Assembly: GCA_030390025.1 (NCBI GenBank)
Contig: CM059431.1
Location: 152,646,001-152,710,000 of the forward strand
Direction: 5' to 3'
DNA from: Squalus acanthias
Lineage: Eukaryota
Length of the DNA stretch: 64,000 bases
The notes under the pieces are model-generated. The model worked only from the letters and a program-made list of their open reading frames with translations. It did not search any database and was not told the origin of the DNA. Below are positions 1 through 12,010 of the stretch, one piece after another. The stretch's first letter is position 1, and each line of letters begins with the position of its first letter. The translations under genes and the position numbers were made by a program.

Positions 1-88
1 CCTTCCCAGATTCTTGCTTTATCTGCACGCTAACTCTTTGTGTTTCCTGTACGGGGTCACCTAAATCTTTCTGAACATCAACACCAAC

Positions 89-2240
89 TTGGATAAGGCT
101 AACTTCAATGGGATGCGAAAGGATCTAGCCAGGGTACAATGGAACCATAAAATAACAGGAAATACTTTAACAGAACAATGGGTTATCTTTAAGGAGGAGA
201 TGTTCCAAGTACAGGCTAGGTACATTCCAATAAGAGGGAAGGGTAAGGGAACCAAAGCAAAGACTCCTTGGATTAAGAGGGAGATTGAGAAGATGATGAA
301 ACAAAAAAGAGGGTGGTTGATGAATGTCAGGCGATTACTTCAAGGGAGAACCAGACCAAATACAATAAGTTGAGAGGGGAAGTGAAGATGAAAATAAGAT
401 TGGCAAAGATAGAATATGAGAGTAGAATGGCGGTTATCATAAAAGGGAATCCAATTTTTTTTTACCGGCATCTAAACGTTAAGCGGGTCGTATGAGGTGG
501 GGTGGGGCCTATTTGGGACAATGAAGGTGATACATGCTTAGAGACGCAGGGCAGTGCTAGAATACTCAATGAGTACTTTGTATCGGTGTTTACTAAAGAG
601 GTTGATGCTGATAAAATATTGGTGGAAGTGGAAAAGTTAGAAGCAATGGAAGGGGTGATAATTGATAGACTGGATCTACTAGTGAATAGGTCGCCTGTTC
701 CAGATGACTTGCATACATCCCAGGTTGCTAAGGGAATTGGGGGAGGAAATAGCAGAAGGGCTAGCCATAATTTTCCGATCTTCCCTGAGGATTGGAAAGT
801 GGCAAATGTCACACCATTTTTCAAGAAAGGGTGTAAGGACAATCCTATTAACTACAGGCAAGTCATTTTAACATCAGTGGTGATAATGTTTTGAAACAAT
901 AATCAAGGAAAAAAATAACGGACACTTGGAGAGGTTTAAGCTAATTAAGGAGAGCCAACAGGGATTTGTAAAAGGCAGATCGTGTTTGAAATATCCAATT
1001 GAATTTTTTCATGAAGTACCAGGGAGGATTGATGAAGGGAATGCAATGGATGTTTTCTACATGGATTTTAGGAAGGCTTTTGACAAAGTACCACATAGAA
1101 GGCTGATTAACAAAATTGTGGCTCATGGAATAGGTGGGTCAGTGGAAGCTTGGATAAGGAATTGGCTTAAGGACAGAAAACAGCGAGTTGTGGTAAATGG
1201 CTATTTTTCAGACTGGAGGATGGTAGACAGTTGTGTTTCCCAAGGGTCAGTGCTGGGGCCACTGCTTTTTTGATATATATAAATGACCTGGATATTGGAA
1301 TGCAGAGCAGAAATTCGAAGTTTCCCGATGGCACCATACTTGGGGGGGTGGCAAACAGTGATGATGATACCAATCGACTGCAACAGGACATAGAAAGGCT
1401 AGCAGAATGGGTAGACACGTGGCAGATGGAATTTAATACAGAGAAGTGTGAGCTGATGCATTTTGGCAGAAGGAACAGGGAGAGGCAATATACACATAAT
1501 GGCACAGTTTTAAAGATTGTGCAAGGACAGAGGGACCTGGGAGTTCATGTGCATAGGCCCCGAAGGTGGCAGGACATATTGAGAGAGTGGTTAGCAAAGC
1601 ATATGGGATCTTGGGCTTCACAAATAGAGGTATTGAGTACCATAGAGAAGTTATGCTGAATCCTTATAAAGCGCTGGTTAGGCCACAACTGGAGCATTGC
1701 GTCCAGTTCTGGTCACCGCGCTTTAGGAAGTATGTGAAGGCACTTGGGGAGGTGCAGATGGGATTTACAAGAATGGTTCTGGGGATGGGGGTTCGTAGCT
1801 ACAAGTACAGGTTGGAGAAGCAGGATTTATTTTCATTACAGCAAAGGAAATTGAGGGGTGATTTGATAGAAGTGTACAAGATTATGACGGCTTAGAAAAG
1901 GCTAGACAGCGAAAGGCTGTTCCCACTCGTTGATGGTACAAGGACCAGGGGACACCGATTTTAGGTTTTGGGCAAGAGATACAGGGGGTTTGTGAGTAAA
2001 AACTTTTTTACGTAGCGTGTGGTGAGGACCAGGAACTCTCTGCCGACGGACTTGGTGGAAGCGGAAACATTCAGTATTTTCAAGGGGGGACTGGATAGGC
2101 ACTTGAGGGAAATAAACTTGCAGGGCTACGGGGATAGAGCGGGGGAATGGGACGGACTGGATTACTCTACAGAGAGCCGGCACGGTCTCGATGTGCCGAA
2201 TGGCCTCCTTCTGTGCCGTTATTACTCTTTGACTCTGTGC
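89..2240 (+). mobile_element. CR1-clade LINE, 5'-truncated, degenerate ORF2 (RT) with 3' tail
   Basis: Frameshifted ORFs give PEDWKVANVTPFFKKG, QQGFVKGRSCL, YMDFRKAFDKVPH, QGSVLGPLLF, LVRPQLEHCVQFWSP and LRGDLIEVYKIM; ends in a short tandem-repeat tail near 2220-2240. Confidence 0.95.
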
Positions 2241-2389
2241 CATTTAATAGTTTCTCACAATCTAAAAATGTTCTGTTTTTCTATTCTTCCTAACAATGTG
2301 AATAACATCACATTTACCCACATTATACTACTTCTGACACCTTATTGTTCGCTCACTTGACCTGTCTATATCCGGCTATTAAAAACCCG

Positions 2390-3025
2390 TATGGGAACCT
2401 TGGCTTTATTAATAGAGGAGTAGAGTACAATTGCACGAAAGTTATGCTAAAGAGATAGAAAACGCTGCTTAGGCCTCAGATGCATTATTGTGTTCAATTC
2501 AGGGCACCACATTTTAGGAAGGATCACAAGGCCTTGGAGAAGTTGCAGAAGAGATTTGCTAAAATGTTATCAGGATGAGGGACTTTATTTATGTGGAGAG
2601 ACTGGAGGAGCTGGCGTTGTTCTCCTTAGAGCAAAGAAGGTTAAGAGGTTTGATGGAGGTGTTTAAAATCATGAATGGTTTTGATAGAGTTAATATGGAG
2701 AAACTGTTTCCAGTGGCAGAAGAGTCAGCAACCAGATGACACAGATTTTTGGTCATTAGCAAAACACCCAGGGGCGACAGGAGGAAACATCTTTTTACGG
2801 AGCGCGTTGTAATCTGGAATGCGCTGCCTGAACTGGTGTTGGAAGCAGATTCAATAGTGACATTCTAAAAAGAATTGGATACATATTTGCAGAGAGAAAT
2901 AATCATAGGGCTATGGGGAAAGAGCAGGGCGGTCAAATTAATTGGATTATTCTACCAGAGAGCAGGCACGTGCACGATGGGCCGAATCGCCTCCTTCTGT
3001 GCTGTATTATTCTATGATTCTACGA
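2390..3025 (+). mobile_element. CR1 3' fragment
   Basis: Degenerate C-terminal ORF2 coding sequence, then the 3'UTR motif ggccgaatcgcctccttctgtgctg and a ttctatga-type tail. Confidence 0.9.
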
Positions 3026-3169
3026 TGTCAACTCCTTAAACATCTTAAAAATCTCAATTAGATCACCTCTTTAATCTTCCATAAGAGAGGGAATACAAAC
3101 CTAGTCTATGCATACTTTTCTCAAAATTTATCCCTCTTCGCCCCGGAATCGTTCAGCTGAATCTGTGCT

Positions 3170-4275
3170 GCGCTGCATATCGAGTCTACCTTGTTTTGAA
3201 AAATTACAACATCTACCTCTAAAGCTCAGTGAACGTTATAACATCTGAGTTAATTTGATACTTCGGCCTTGAAACTATTCCCTCTGAAAATGTCCATGGA
3301 AATTGTAAGGTTCAACCAGAGCTCTGCTGCAATGCCCCCTTCCCCACACCGTCCAATTGCCTTTTTACTCTGGTTGCCTACCTTCACAATTAAAAGCTAA
3401 CCACTTGAGGAAGATATCTTTGCTAAGACATCAAATACCACACTCGGCAAGTGTCAGGAGATTAACTAAAGGGACTACAAATGAAGGAAAGAGGCGCCGT
3501 TCAATTTGCGTTACTGTGGACTCAGCGGTCACCAGCGGTGGATAATTGAAAAATGCATCATTTCACCCCGATTGCGGGAGCACAGAAATGATTTATATTA
3601 CCTCATGTGTGTACCTTAAAGAGTCGTTCGCTAGATATTATGCCTACTCGACTTGCTTAACTATTCTCTAAAACTCTGGGCCGAGCAGCGACATATGCCT
3701 CAACACGACTGACAGCTGCAGCTTAGTCCTGTTCCAATCCGATGATGTCATGTTAAAACCAGCGACCGACTCAAATGGCCTATTGATTCTATAAATACCG
3801 CTCGTCCCTGGTTCAGCCCATTCCAAAGGTTGAACAGCGGGGCACAACTCGGATACAAAATCTCTGGAGACTACAGCTGCACAAAGAATATATCCTTACC
3901 AATCAGGCAGCGAGCATTGCGAGACTTTCTGTATCTCACTGCTACCAAGCAAAGAAACTAGAAGCCAGAATCACCGTCATTCATTTTCACGTAAATCATT
4001 TTCGAGTTTGACTGGCTTCAAACCTGTCAGTTTTAATCATTTTCCTATTTGTCTTTGTTATCCCTTACATTGCTCTGCCTTCCTGATTGTGTTTCCACTG
4101 TTTCAAGATCGCACTTTACCGTGTCTAAGATTAGTTCCAGACACACCTTGATCAAAGGTCGCCTGCATGTGACTGGAAAAGACGTTAGATAATGGAAATC
4201 AATTATTAGCCCATGAATGCCTTGCTATGACAATGGACGGGTTTGTTCATTTCCCCATACAGATGAACAATACTT
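3170..4275 (-). pseudogene. PARP14: PARP14-like pseudogene segment: C-terminal KH, WWE and ART (PARP catalytic) domains
   Basis: Minus-strand translation through stops and frameshifts gives VHLYGE (4251-4268), RRPLIKV (4144-4164), VKLENDLRE (3986-4012), SDWNRTKLQLSVVLRHMSLLGPEF*RIVKQ (~3650-3745), IERRLF (3488-3505), GNWTVWGRG (3336-3361) and RALVEPYNFHGH. These follow the order of recalled PARP14 motifs FRVCGE, KRPLIKV, LKLEDARRE, AHWSDMKQQ..PEYNTVASK, NEKQLFHG, GKNAVAYGKG and RVLTGIYTHGNH. Confidence 0.75.
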
Positions 4276-4276
4276 C

Positions 4277-4455
4277 CAGAACGGGTGGTGGAAGCAGATT
4301 CAATAGTAACATTCAAAATAGAATTGGCTATGTATTTGAAGTGAGCAAATTGCAGGGCTCTGGGGAAAGAGCAGGGGATTGGGACTGATTGGTTAGCTCT
4401 TTCAAAGATCTGAATAGGCAGAATGACCGCCTTCTCTGCTGTAAGATTCTATGAT
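4277..4455 (+). mobile_element. Short CR1 3' fragment interrupting the PARP14-like relic
   Basis: ggtggtggaagcagattcaatag...gaatgaccgccttctctgctgtaagattctatga is a CR1 3' end. Confidence 0.85.
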
Positions 4456-5417
4456 GAAAAATATATGCCACGATATGATTTTACTTATTATTGGCACTGA
4501 ATTATGTTTCAGAACTTGCATTCCATTCCTTTACCGTGTATGCAATAAGCTTTTCACACATTTCCGAGGTGCTTATAATGCTGTAATGGTGTTTTTAACA
4601 TTATCAAAAGCGGATCCTTCAGCAGCTCTGGATTAAAATCAACTGACGTTCAGTGTCATGATCTTGTCTAACAGTTTGCATTAAGCTAAATGAAACATTC
4701 TGCTAAGGTATCGAAAAGGCATTATTAGCTCAGTAGCTCCAGTGTGAGCCCCTTTCGATAGCACAAATCCACACCATGTCACCACGATGGACGCTGTTGC
4801 CTTGTGAGTCTAGTTCTGTAAACATCTGCGGGCATTCGACCGTGGTGGGCATCAGAGTTGAGCCCAGCATTCAGAGAGGTGCATTTTCCAGCAAGGGGAC
4901 TGGATCAGCATTTATTGAAGGGATATTGAGGGGGCATTTTCATTTTGTACGAGAGGGTAAGAAGGGTATTAGCGAGTCGACGACCCGCTTTACATCCCTC
5001 CGGATTTTTTTGTTTACATTTAAGTCTTCGGAAGAGAGGTATTGCAGGCTGTTATTTCGCTACCGCTCGTCATACACGATCGCACAGTCATAATTACACC
5101 CACTAAGTATTTCCCTTCCAAAGGTCAATACGAGAGAGCCAAATTGTAGCTTTCAAAACCTTGGATTCGGATCAGTGTTGAAATTAAGTAACAACCATCT
5201 TTTTTGCTGATGTTCCATTTCCCGGTCAGGCCTTATCATTACATAAACCAAATCAGACTGCCTGACTGCTCACCCAGAAACACAGCTAGACGTTCGAGTT
5301 AATTCCGGACCTCGGCCAATAAAACGTACTCGAGCTTTTCGAGAACGCACACCCGCTTTGTCTTCCGTTAATGTATATGGAAATCGAGGAGGGTAGTGCT
5401 GCGAGTGTGCAATCCTA
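4456..5417 (-). pseudogene. PARP14: PARP14-like pseudogene segment: end of macrodomain 2 and macrodomain 3
   Basis: RIAHSQHY/SSISI (~5378-5415; cf. macro xYxSIAI), LVYVMIRPDREMEHQ (5207-5251; cf. EVHFLLHPSDHENIQ), KLQFGSLVLT with shifted LWKGN and DCAIV (~5075-5152; cf. EMKIGSIIFQVASGDI..DVIV). The + strand ORF 4776-5093 is the in-phase antisense shadow of this frame. Confidence 0.6.
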
Positions 5418-5484
5418 TTGGCCAGATTTTACTCACTACGCCCTGAGCAGGCAATTTCTAGCGGCCAAGCAGTAAATAATAAGA

Positions 5485-6080
5485 TCATAGAATCACAGAA
5501 TCATGGAATGGTTACAGCACAGAAGGAGGCAATTCGGCCCGTCAAGCCCGTGCAGGCTCTCTGCAAGAGCACTTCAGCTAGTCCCACACCGCCGACCTTT
5601 CCCCGCAGCCCTATTCTTTGTCCTTCAGGTACTTATCAACTTCCCTTTTGAAAGCCACGATTAAGTCTGCCTCCACCACCCTTTCAGGCAGTGCATTCCA
5701 GATCATTAACTGCGGAAAAAAATAGTTTATCCTCCTGTCGCCTTTGGTTCATTTGCCAATCATCTTAAATCTGTGTCATCTGGTTCTCTATCCTTCCGCC
5801 AATGGGAATAATTTCTCTCTATCTACTCTGTCTTTACCCGTCATGATTTTGAACACTTCTATCAAGTCTCCTCTCAACATTCTCTGCTCTAACGAGAACA
5901 ACCCCAGCTTCTCCAGTCTGCCCACGTAACTGAAGTCCCTCATCCCTGGAACCCTTCTTGTAAATCTCGTCTGCACACTGTCTCAAGCCTTCACATATTT
6001 CCTAAATTGTGGCGCCCAGAATTGGACACAATACTCCAGTTGAGGCCGAAACAGTGTTTTATAAGAGTTCATCATAACCT
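5485..6080 (-). mobile_element. CR1 3' fragment
   Basis: ORF 5788-5976 RFTRRVPGMRDFSYVGRLEKLGLFSLEQRMLRGDLIEVFKIM; tail catagaatcacagaatcatggaa at the left end. Confidence 0.92.
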
Positions 6081-6775
6081 GTAACTCCCCTATTCACACG
6101 TGAGGACACTACCCACCAGGTACACGGTACATACTCATGTGACTCGGCCAACGTTGTCTACCTGATACGTTGCAGTAAAGGATGCTCCAGAGCATGGTAC
6201 ATCGGCGAGACCATGCAGACACTGAGACAACGTATGAACGGACACCGCGCAACAATCGCCAGGCAGGAGGGTTGCCTCCCAGTCGGGGAACACTTCAGCA
6301 GCCAGGGGCATTCAGCCTCGGATATGCGGGTAAGCGTTCTCCAAGGCGGCCTTCGAGATACACGACAGCGCAAAATCATAGAGCAGAAACTGATAGCCAA
6401 GTTCCGCACTCATGAGGATGGCCTCAATCGCGATATCGGGTTCATGTCACGATACAGAACGTGACTTGACATCATGGCCGGTCTTCCCAGGTGTTTTTTT
6501 TTTTAAAAAGACTAACACAAGAACCTACACAGATTGACAGGATATGCAGCCAGCAGGTGGTTTGACACGTTGGACCCCCTGGGACACATCTCATTGTCTT
6601 GGCTATGCTCTTTGATGTAGGGAAAGATTTGAATATATTTTGTCTGTGTTTAAATTGTGAATTCTGGGAGATTCTCTCACTGCTAAACTTACCTGACGAA
6701 GGAGCGAACTGCTCCGAAAGCTTGTAAAATTAAATAAATCTGTTGGACTATAACCTGGTGTTGTGCGACTTCTCA
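6080..6775 (+). mobile_element. Penelope-like element 3' fragment (GIY-YIG endonuclease plus pLTR)
   Basis: Frame NVVYLIRCSKGC..WYIGETMQTLRQRMNGHR..VGEHFS..EQKLIAKFRTHEDGLNRD is a typical PLE GIY-YIG domain; a pLTR-type tail follows. Confidence 0.9.
6693..6725 (+). ncRNA. Minimal hammerhead ribozyme motif of a Penelope pLTR
   Basis: CTGACGA (6693-6699), A, stem II GGAGC/GCTCC with a GAACT loop, GAAA (6716-6719), overlapping the palindrome AAGCTT. This matches the CUGANGA...GAAA core of PLE hammerheads. Confidence 0.65.
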
Positions 6776-6779
6776 TTTT

Positions 6780-8290
6780 TCCCCTATTCAAGAAAGGAGG
6801 GAAATAGAAAGCAACAAACTATCGGCTGGTTAGCCTAGCATCCGTCAGTGGAAAAATGCTGGACACCATTAATAAGGGAGTAGTAGCAGGGCGTTTAGAA
6901 AATCATAATACACTCAAGCAGAGTCAACATGGTTTTATGAAAGGCAAATCGTGTTTGATAACTTTATTAATTTATTTGAGGATGTAACGAGCAGGGTGGG
7001 TCAAGGGGAAGCAGTAGCTGTAGTGTATTTGAATTTCAAAAAGGTATTTGATAAGGTGGCATATAAAAGTATACTGCACAAGATAAGAGCTCAAGGTGTT
7101 GGGGTAATATATTAGCATGGATAGAGGATTGGCCAACTAACAGATAACAGAGAGTCGGGTATTAAGTAATTTTCAGTTTGGCAAACTATAACTAGTGGGG
7201 TGTCACAGAGATTAGTGCTGAGGCCTCAACTATTTATAATCTATATTGATGACTTGGAGGAAAGGACCGAGTGTACTGTAGCCAAATTTGCTAATGATAC
7301 AAAGATAGGTGGGAAAGCAAGTTGTGAGGAGAACACAAAAGTCTGCAAAGAGATATAGATAGTTTAAGTGAGTGGGCAAAAATTTGGCAGATGGAGTAAA
7401 ATGTGGGAAAATGTGAGGTTATCCACTTTGGTAGGAAGAATAGAAAATCAAAATATTATTTAAATGGAGAGAGATTTCGGAATGCTGCAGTACAGAACAT
7501 AAGAACATTAGAACATAAGAAATAAGAGCAGGACTAGGCCATACGGTCCCTCGAGCCTGCTCCACCATTCAATAACATCATGACTGATCATCGACCGCAA
7601 CTCCACTTTCCCGCTCGATCTCCATATCCCTCGATTCCACTAGAGTCCAAAAATGTAACTCAGCCTTGATTATTCTCAAAGACTCAGCATTCACAGCCCT
7701 CTGGGACAAATAATTCCAAAGATTCACAACCATCTGAGTGAAGAAATTCCTCCTCATGTTTCCACTGTTAGGATTGTCTAGTACTAGGGGGCATAGTTTC
7801 AGGATAACGGGTAGGCCATTTAAGATGGAGATAAGGAGGAATTTATTCTCTCAGTGGGTCGTGAATCTTTGGAATTCTCTACCCCAGAGAGCTGTGGAGG
7901 CTGAGTCAGTGAATATATTCAAAGTGAAGATAGATGGATATTTGATCTACAGGCGAGTCAAGGGTTTGGGGAAAAGGCAGGCAAGTGGAGTTGTGGCAAA
8001 GATCGAATTAGCCATTATCTTATTGAATGGCGGAGTAGGTTCGAGGGCCCGAATGGTCTATTCCTGCTCCTATTTCTTATGGTCTTATGATCCTTGCTTT
8101 TGTACTCTGTGCCTCTATTTATGAAGCCCATGATTCAGTAGGCTTTTTTTAACCGCTTTCTCAACCGGCCCTGTCACCTTCAACAATTTCTGCACATAGA
8201 TCCCCAGGTCACTCTATTCATGCACCCGGCTTTAGGATTGTACCCGTTAGTTTATACTGCCTCTCCTCGTTCTTCCTACCAAAATGGATC
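6780..8290. mobile_element. Cluster of CR1 fragments in both orientations
   Basis: + strand RT fragment ~6780-7495; - strand 3' end ~7495-7755 (aacataag tail); + strand 3' end ~7755-8090; - strand fragment ~8090-8290. Confidence 0.85.
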
Positions 8291-8714
8291 ACCAAGATAT
8301 ATTGATCGGTGGTCTGATGCCGTTCCTGTTAGTAAACGGGCAGTGTCTTGCTCAGCATATGTTGCAGCGCACATTCGACAGGCCGAATGTCCTCCTTCTG
8401 TGCTGTACTTTTGTACGATTCTATGATCTGGTTATTATCAAATTGCTGCTAGTGTTTGCTGTGTTCCCCTCATTACAACAGTGACTACACTTCCTTGGCT
8501 GTACCGCACCAGTCGTCCAGATGTGGTGCAAGGCGCTACGTAAATGCAAGTTTTTCTTGCTCTTTCGCGTTATTTTTTCGGCTTTCATTGTCTCTTTCAA
8601 TCAGCATCGCTGCTCATCGAAGTAAGCAAAGTATTTTTAGGGGGAATGGGAATTTTTCTTTCCCGAGAGCCCAGTTTCAGCACTAGATATTTTAAGTCAG
8701 TTATATTACATAAC

Positions 8715-9325
8715 AAATGAAAACAGAAAATGCTGGAAACACTCAGCAGGCGAGGCAGCATCTGTGGAGAGAGAAACGATGTTAACGTTTCAGGTCAATG
8801 ACCTTTCAGTAGAGTTAGATGTTTAATAATTTCTAAGCAAGTACAGAGCCAGGGAAAACATGGCTGGGGGCTGCTGGAAGAAAGCACAAACGGGAAGATC
8901 TGTGATAGGATGGAAGGCAGATGAGATTAAATCACAAAAGGAATGGTGATGCAATGAAAAAGGAGGTGGTGATGAGACATTAAATAAACACAACATGGGT
9001 CCAGAGGAGCTGTAAATGACAACAACAGAAACATCACCAGCATCAACTCTCCGAGTCAATGGGAGCAGTGGTTATGATCTGAAGTTGTTGATCTCAGTGT
9101 TGAGGCCGGAAGATTAACACTGCTGGATCGAAAGAATGAGGTGAAAGTGCAGGTGTTGCATTTCCTGCGGTAGTTAGGAAGGAGCCGGGGAAGGGGAGCG
9201 GATATTGGGGGTGATGGAACGTTAACTCCGATTCTCTCTCCACAGATGCTTCCTGACCTGCTGAGTGTTTCCAGCATTTTCTGCTTTTATTTCTGATTTC
9301 AAGCTCCCGCAGTACTTCGCTTTTC
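8715..9325. mobile_element. Penelope-derived element with inverted pLTR copies
   Basis: aaaacagaaaatgctggaaacactcagcagg..agcatctgtggagagagaa..gttaac (~8720-8787) is the reverse complement of gttaac..tctctctccacagatgct..cctgctgagtgtttccagcattttctgctttt (~9221-9288). Degenerate hammerhead-like ctgaaaggtcattgacctgaaacgtt on the - strand at ~8784-8809. Confidence 0.75.
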
Positions 9326-9409
9326 TGCTATGGCGGAGTCAGTGTCAGCTGTTGCTCAGTTGGCAGCACCCGTTCAGGAAGATGTGGGTTCAAATCCCAC
9401 TCCAAAGAC

Positions 9410-10622
9410 TGTAGGGGGTGGTAATGGGATCAGCCTTCACCTCTGACTCAGTGAGCGTTTCGAATCGCTCCCATGCCCCTGGTTCCTAGACTTTGGACTT
9501 ATTTAGGGGTTGTGAACAAAGATGCAGTAGACAACAGGTGTTGATGAAAGAATTTTGACTTTATTAAAAGAAAAAGCTAACAAACTTAAAACACACTTAA
9601 AACTTAAACACAGGTTGGGGAAACGCACGGTATAGGCGAGGGTGCATGACAATATACAAAAAACCTTATCCCTCCCAAAAATCCCGCTATCTAGCTAGGT
9701 TTTGGTTTCCGGAGAACAGGGATAATGCTCACCAAGCGAATCCTTGACAGTTGAGAGTGAGGGTTTAGAGTCTTTTGAGTAAAAGGTTTCGTAAGGCCCT
9801 TGTTGCCGCGAGATATCCGATGGTCACTGAGGCAGTTGCTCTGGTTTCTTCTTGTGTGTTGGTCTGTTTGTGAAGTTGTTGGCCTTCTTTCCTCCTCCTC
9901 CTCGTGGTTTGTGGTGTCTTTGCTGGAGCAGAGCTGAGAGAGAGAGAGCTGTGCGAGCGTTGAGAGCATTATACTGTCCTTTTCGCGCCCAAATCCCCTT
10001 ACTAAAACGGTTTCCTTTAGATTTCAAATGAGCCCTGTACATTCCATTGTCTTAGTTTTGGCAGGCTTGTCAGTTTCGATGGCTTTAACTTGGTGTTAAA
10101 CATGTCCTGATAGCTTCCGATTTAGGCAAGGCCTTTATCTGGACGCCAAATCTTGTCCCTACTTTCCTAGGTTTTTGGCGGGCTTTAAATCTGTCCTGTG
10201 GATACCTGGTTGATTGGTTTTTGATTAAGTAAATCGGGCTACTAAATGTTTTATTGATTTCAGGCTCCTGGTAACCTGTGTGGGCCTGGGAATTTCAAAA
10301 GAGGTCTTGGATTATACATATTTCGATGTGTGTGTGAGGCTTTTGGGTTTGTCTCTTCCTCTTTGGTAGGAAGGCAGTGTAAACACATTGCCAGACAGCT
10401 TGACTGGGCCCCAAACCCAAAGCTGTCCACTGCCTGGCCACGCCCCTCCGCAGCCTGTCGGTGTCTGCGAAAGGTGTCTTTCCCAACAGTAAGATTCAAA
10501 AAGTAATTTTCCTCAGGGTTTTTCTTCCCTGATCTTTAAAAATGTACAAAACTGAGGGGTTTACCTCAAATCACTTCACTTATTGTTCTGTTCGAGTTTC
10601 TGGGGATTTTGCGAAGCCTACA
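9410..10622 (-). repeat. Long terminal repeat (~1.2 kb, 3' LTR)
   Basis: TGTAGG...CCTACA inverted ends; AATAAA on the - strand at 9560-9565; TATA-like tataat at ~9968-9973. Confidence 0.85.
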
Positions 10623-12010
10623 TTCCTCCCTTTGATATTAAACCGGAATTAGTATCATTAACAGGTGAGCAACATTTCTTTTCCCCGAAAACCAACCTTC
10701 CACTGTTTTACCTAAACTAAAAACCCAAACATACATTCCCCTTTTAATTGTGGTGTTTCAGGTACATAGAGGTAAGAATCAATCTTTATTTCATATCCAA
10801 GCACGGAGAGGGTCCGACACCCCTGCACAGCTTGGAAAAACACATCATACAAGTCATAAAAATGACGCAACACACACACACAATTTTTTTTATTAAAAAG
10901 GCAAAATCAAGGTTCGTTCCATCCCTGGACATAGCCTTCATTTTGATGCACTTCCCAAGTACCTTCGTGTCTGGAACGGAGCTCCCCGTCCTTTCCCCTG
11001 CACTTTGTACACAGCAGGTAGATACCTATCCTGAGCTGTCAGACCACCAAAATATGGGAAGCCATCCTGATCCAGGAAGGCACCTCTATATTCCCAGAAA
11101 GGTTCTCTGGCTGGATAATTAATCGAGCACTTAAAGTTAAAACTCTACAAATAACTAAACTAATGATAACCCATAACTACCAAAACTGCAATTACTTGAA
11201 ACCGAAAATGCTGTACATTTGCCGCCCGTCTCCGGACGGCCAGGTTAAATCCTGTTTAGTCTCTGCCTTATGTGGCCTCTGCTATGCTTGTACACCTGGG
11301 AGCAGTGCGGCCTGTACCGCCGGACCCAGAAGGCCTTCCTCAAAACTGCTGGGGGTATCTGAACATCCCAGCTGAGTCCTGTGCTGCAGCACACTACCCC
11401 CTTTGGTGTCGCTGCAGCGCCCTCGTTCTGATCTGTGGGCTCCTCACAGCCTGAGGCTGCAGGCGGGGGACCCTTCTCTTTCTCTTCTTCCAGCACTACC
11501 TCTCCTGTGAAAACCTCACTGTTGGAGGATGTAGGCTGGGAATCCCCAACTTTAGAACGCTCCCTGCTCTTGGGTGCTCTTCTTCGGGTTGCAACCCTCT
11601 TTGGGCTGGACCCGGTAAACAGATACACCTGTCTTAGGGTTCTGGCCACTGGGGGTGTGCTTGAGTCCCACATAATCGGTGGAGTTTTCTCTCCTGTGAA
11701 ACAGCACACTGTTCCTCCCGCTGCAGCTTGTGCGTCTGCCACAGCTGCTGCTGGCTGAGGATTTCAAACTTGGGGGCAGTCCACCTTTGCTGGCTGTTCC
11801 CTTTTCTCGGGTTTAAACAGTTTACACTGGTCAATCTCCCACCCGTGGGTTCTCTGCGGTTCTACCTACAGCCGATCTTTCTGGTGCTGGCTCTCCAGGT
11901 TACTGGCTGCTTGCCAGTGACTCTGTTTCAAAAGCTCATCCTCTGCCCTGAACGGACCTTCTAGGGGCTCCCCACTCTCTCTCTTTACCAGGACGGCCTG
12001 AAGGACGGGA

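Noticed and set aside
4990..5110. GREB1/TAGT-like glycosyltransferase motif (SEDLN)
   Set aside because: Weak resemblance, superseded by the collinear PARP14 matches on both sides.
8296..8705. Unique slivers as the missing middle of macrodomain 2
   Set aside because: The position is right but no recognisable motif was found; left unassigned.
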